DNA of 59,529 nt, from positions 1-59,529 of the forward strand of contig JAUCBJ010008835.1 in the NCBI GenBank assembly GCA_032718475.1, written 5' to 3'. The position numbers and the translations under genes were made by a program. The notes beneath the pieces are model-generated. The model did not search any database and had not been told where the DNA came from. It saw only the letters and a program-made list of their open reading frames with translations. Of the stretch, positions 57,647-59,529 are shown one piece after another; the first letter of the stretch is position 1, and every line of letters starts with the position of its first letter. Source of the DNA: Nemertoderma westbladi. Lineage: Eukaryota > Animalia > Xenacoelomorpha.

Positions 57647-59529
57647 ATTATTATTATTATTATTATTTAATTCATCGGGCCAAGGCCCATTGTACCTACA
57701 CGACACCTATTTATTAGCACACATAATAATATTAAGTAAGTAGTTCATTCAAGTTTACATTAAATCAATACAAAGGAGTAACATTTAACGGGGAATTACC
57801 AATCAAATATTGCAATATTAAACAGCACCAAGAACAATGTTCCAACGACAATGTAATAAAGAATTAGTGATTGAGCTACAGGCATGATTGAGTTCTCAGA
57901 GTTAGCAGTACGGCTAAGTAAGGAGAAAATATTAATTCTAAGAACAGCACGAAAGTTATTCACTCTTTACAATGACAATAGTTTATATATAAGATAAACT
58001 AAGAACAAAACACAAAAATAATGTAGTTTAAGTAGAATAAAAATTCAATAATTTTTACAACGAAAAAATATTCAAAAGATTTTACAGCGGAAAAAAATTC
58101 AAAAAATTTTACATAAAACACAAAATCAGAAAATTAGGTTACCCCAAGCACCACTAACCACCTCTTACGCAACACCGAGAGAGGAGAAACGTTAGCAATT
58201 ACACGAATAATGATGTTTTGTGAAACATCAATACGTCGTAGCAAAGAAAAAATATTACTTCTCTGCATAGCCCTAAAAGTATTGATCCTATTATTTACAA
58301 AAATTTCACTAGCGTCCTCAGTTCTAGAATATTGGAAAAGTGATCTAAAAGCAGTATTATAAGCTACCTTAACCTTGCGCAAATTCTCAACACGAAATAT
58401 AGACCAGAGTGAGCAACAGTACATGCTGTAACAGTAGGATCTAAATAAGATTAACTTTACATCATATGAACAATTCGAAAATAATCTAGCAATCTGGTTA
58501 CCCCTACAATACATTGAGCACATTATACGTTTCATATCTGATTCATCGCTTAGATCGCAAGTAATTGTATGCCCAAGGTAATTAACCTCCTTAACACAAT
58601 GTAATGGTTTACCACAAAGATATACATCACCAGCACGGTTAATTCTATAAGGAAGAAAATACATACAGTGAGATTTAAGCGGGTTAAATTCAATATCAAA
58701 TTCCACCCCAAACTTTTCACAAATAGCAATTAACTTACGTAGACCAAAAATGCTAGGGGATAATAAACATAGATCGTCTGCATAAAAAAGATTATTAATA
58801 ATAATGGAACCTACTTTGCAACCAACAAAAGAGTCGTTCAAGCGTCTACTTAATTCCGTCATATAGATATTAAAGAGAACAGGGCTGAGAAGGCTCCCCT
58901 GTCGTACACCATTAGTAACAGTGAAGACATCCGAGGAAGCACTTCCCCATCTTACAAAAATATATTGATTTGAATACCAAAAGGAAAGAATACGCACAAT
59001 TGAAACCGGTACATTAATATCCAATAGCTGTCTAAACAATTTAAAATGATTTACCCGGTCAAACGCCTTAGACGCATCTAAGAACGCCGAATACACTGGA
59101 GATTCTCGACTGACATATAAATGAACAGTTTCTTTTAACGCAAAAATACACATTTCAGTGCCTAGAGCTGACTGAAAACCGAATTGATTATCAGTACATT
59201 TAGCACGACCCTTGATAAAAGGCAGTATACATGCCTCAAATACTTTCGATATCGCGTTAGCAACAGCTATAGGTCTGTAATTAGTGAAATCAGAATAACT
59301 AGCATTCTTATTTTTAATTACAGGTAAAATACTAGAAGTAATAAAGCTATTAGGCAAATAACCATGAACCAAAAAAGCATTAAATAATAGGGCTAACATT
59401 ACTGACAAACGCGGCCCTGCAAATATTAAACTTTCTGGAAAAATCCCATCCGGACCTGCAGCCTTTCCTTTAGAAAGACTCTGAACCGCCTCATAAACCA
59501 TAGACGGAGTAATATGCACATAATTAGAA
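57647..59529 (-). mobile_element. RTEX-like non-LTR retrotransposon inserted in the BEL gag (RT ORF 58134 to beyond window end)
   Basis: NYRPIAVAN, QFGFQ, FLDASKAFDRV, GVRQGSLLSP, LFYADDL, FSNCSYDVKLILFRSYCYSMYCCSLW; 3' GGGCC-TT-GGCCC hairpin and (AAT)n tail at 57647-57666. Confidence 0.9.

Noticed and set aside
57647-57706. N-terminus MSCRYNGPWPDELNNNNNNN of the 720-aa ORF
   Set aside because: In-frame read-through from the LINE 3' end and (AAT)n tail, not Gag.

Overview
AT-rich, repeat-dense invertebrate animal genomic DNA with spliceosomal GT-AG introns and no prokaryotic features. Two host genes lie on the minus strand. (1) A five-coding-exon CtBP homologue (12569->1483, 550 aa) has lost the whole dehydrogenase catalytic triad, and its exon 3 is bracketed by minisatellites built from its own splice junctions. 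(2) An SLC18B1-like MFS transporter (26836->24025) is split by a 1.5-kb hAT-like insertion that could be spliced out in frame, like an introner. The right half is a transposon nest. A long inverted-repeat element holds a young Ty3/Gypsy element (tRNA-Pro PBS, TSD ATTA). The Gypsy integrase is interrupted by a complete 11.3-kb BEL/Pao-derived LTR element that keeps Gag-protease, has no RT/RNase H/integrase core, carries an extra 3' triple zinc-knuckle ORF, and has an LTR-complementary sequence where a tRNA PBS should be. A second, divergent BEL/Pao-derived element with the same Gag-PR plus extra 3' ORF layout follows and is interrupted by an RTEX-like LINE. The rest is MITEs, foldback elements, LINE fragments and mini/microsatellites. 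All comparisons were made by eye, and several single-base frameshifts may be assembly errors.
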